A stretch of 64,000 bases of DNA from a virus: IMG/VR virus record IMGVR_UViG_3300005393_000308, one strand, 5' to 3'. Shown here piece by piece: positions 63,036 through 64,000 of this stretch. A program made the translations under genes and the position numbers. Position 1 is the stretch's first letter; every line of letters begins with the position of its first letter. The notes under the pieces are model-generated. The model was given only the letters and a program-made list of their open reading frames with translations, had not been told where the DNA came from and ran no database searches.

Positions 63036-63830
63036 TTAAAAAGTTGTATCAACCAGTTTGCGGTCGACGTACAGATCGATTTTAACGAGCCCCGGCTGCA
63101 CGGGCGGCAGAGCCATCATATCCGCGTATGAACCCGGCCAGTCGAGCAAGCCGCCAGCAATTATATACCACCTGCAGATTGCCTCGACACTGTCGGTGTC
63201 GGTGTTTATATGATAAAGCGTGTCCCTGTGCACAGCCTTGTCGTGCATGTGCCCCATAATATAGATGTCCGCCGCAGCTACATCTCTCAGCGCGCGCAGC
63301 GCATTCAACCGGCCGGCGGGCGTTTTTGACATTGATCGCCCGTGTAGAGTCAGTACCCGGTAAACGGTGTTGCCCGCTATCCATTTGTGAAATGCCGTGT
63401 AGCCGAGATACGGCACCTCCAGCGCCTTCGCGAGCATATAAATCGGGTCCATGCCGACGGCCAGGGTGGCACGCATCTCATGGTTGCCAGTGTGCAGGCC
63501 AAGCAGCTTACCCGCTCTTGCCAGCGGGCGCAGGATTTCTTCTATGCGCTCGTATTGCTGAGGAAAGTGGAAATCCTCTTCATACATACCAAGCCCGACA
63601 GACGTCCTAGTAGCACACTCGATGTAATCACCCAGGCCGATAGCGTAGCAGTCAGGAGTCTCGATTATATATGTAATGTAATCACACAGGAGACGGTAAT
63701 TGTGTTTGCGCGCGCCCATGTGCAGGTCAGTCAGGGGTACAATTGAAACATGGTTGTCGCTAGGTCTAAAAACGCGTACGTGCAGTTTGGGTTCTTCAAG
63801 CATGCAGGAAGAAAACAGAGCATTATTCAT
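63036..63830 (-). CDS. Calcineurin-like metallophosphoesterase
   Basis: LTDLHMG, GLGDY, GNHE, LHG, GHMHD motifs in order. Confidence 0.85.
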   Translation of the reverse strand: MNNALFSSCMLEEPKLHVRVFRPSDNHVSIVPLTDLHMGARKHNYRLLCDYITYIIETPDCYAIGLGDYIECATRTSVGLGMYEEDFHFPQQYERIEEILRPLARAGKLLGLHTGNHEMRATLAVGMDPIYMLAKALEVPYLGYTAFHKWIAGNTVYRVLTLHGRSMSKTPAGRLNALRALRDVAAADIYIMGHMHDKAVHRDTLYHINTDTDSVEAICRWYIIAGGLLDWPGSYADMMALPPVQPGLVKIDLYVDRKLVDTTF

Positions 63831-64000
63831 CTGAAGCAGAAAATACCCCTTTCTAACTGATTAATTGCAAAGACCCTTGTCCTGGCTGGCAATAAACCGG
63901 CCGATCATCTCGCCCTGCCTTCTTCTCTCCTGTGGCGGCGCTGTAAAGTCAATCGCAGCTGCAATACTGTCGACCAACCCAACAAGCTGTCTTATCTGTT

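Larger units (their letters stand above)
1..64000 (-). mobile_element. Large myovirus-like phage/prophage late region (head, tail, baseplate, lysis)
   Basis: About 45 tightly packed minus-strand genes in portal-protease-capsid-neck-sheath-tube-chaperone-TMP-baseplate-fibre order; no host housekeeping genes. Confidence 0.93.

Noticed and set aside
1-64000. Diversity-generating retroelement or invertible fibre cassette
   Set aside because: No reverse transcriptase, no template/variable repeat pair and no recombinase seen in the window.
63861-64000. Partial minus-strand ORF at the right edge ending ..IGRFIASQDKGLCN*
   Set aside because: Probably a real gene end, but too short to assign.

Overview
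The whole 64 kb is one co-oriented (minus-strand) virion morphogenesis and lysis region of a large contractile-tailed (myovirus-like) phage or prophage. The host is probably an S-layer-bearing Bacillota, inferred from the SLH-tagged endolysin and strong GGAGG ribosome-binding sites. In transcription order (right to left) it holds: metallophosphoesterase, fibre-like protein, free subtilase, AdoMet decarboxylase, a holin/endolysin cassette containing tRNA-Thr, portal, prohead protease, head proteins, neck, two sheath and three tube paralogues, two chaperones, a tape measure protein, a 2182-aa giant, a split tail lysin/hub, baseplate, a 2646-aa adhesin and a tail fibre running off the left edge. 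Four signals are invisible in the ORF track. (1) The main tail tube gene is cut by three ORF-less group I introns, leaving 40-nt and 22-nt micro-exons; splicing restores a 239-aa protein. (2) Six IS200/IS605-family elements sit in the operon: one intact IscB with HEARO/omega RNA, an orphan omega RNA whose 5' flank matches another IS end 45 kb away, a composite remnant splitting the tail lysin region, and three 75-181 nt TnpB-type minis. (3) Enzyme domains are embedded in giant virion proteins: a subtilase with intact triad plus a degenerate nuclease fold in the tape measure, and a DEDDh exonuclease in its neighbour. (4) The Shine-Dalgarno is separated from the start codon by a hairpin at the capsid, tape measure and tube-2 genes. 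All family assignments come from motifs read by eye; no searches were run.
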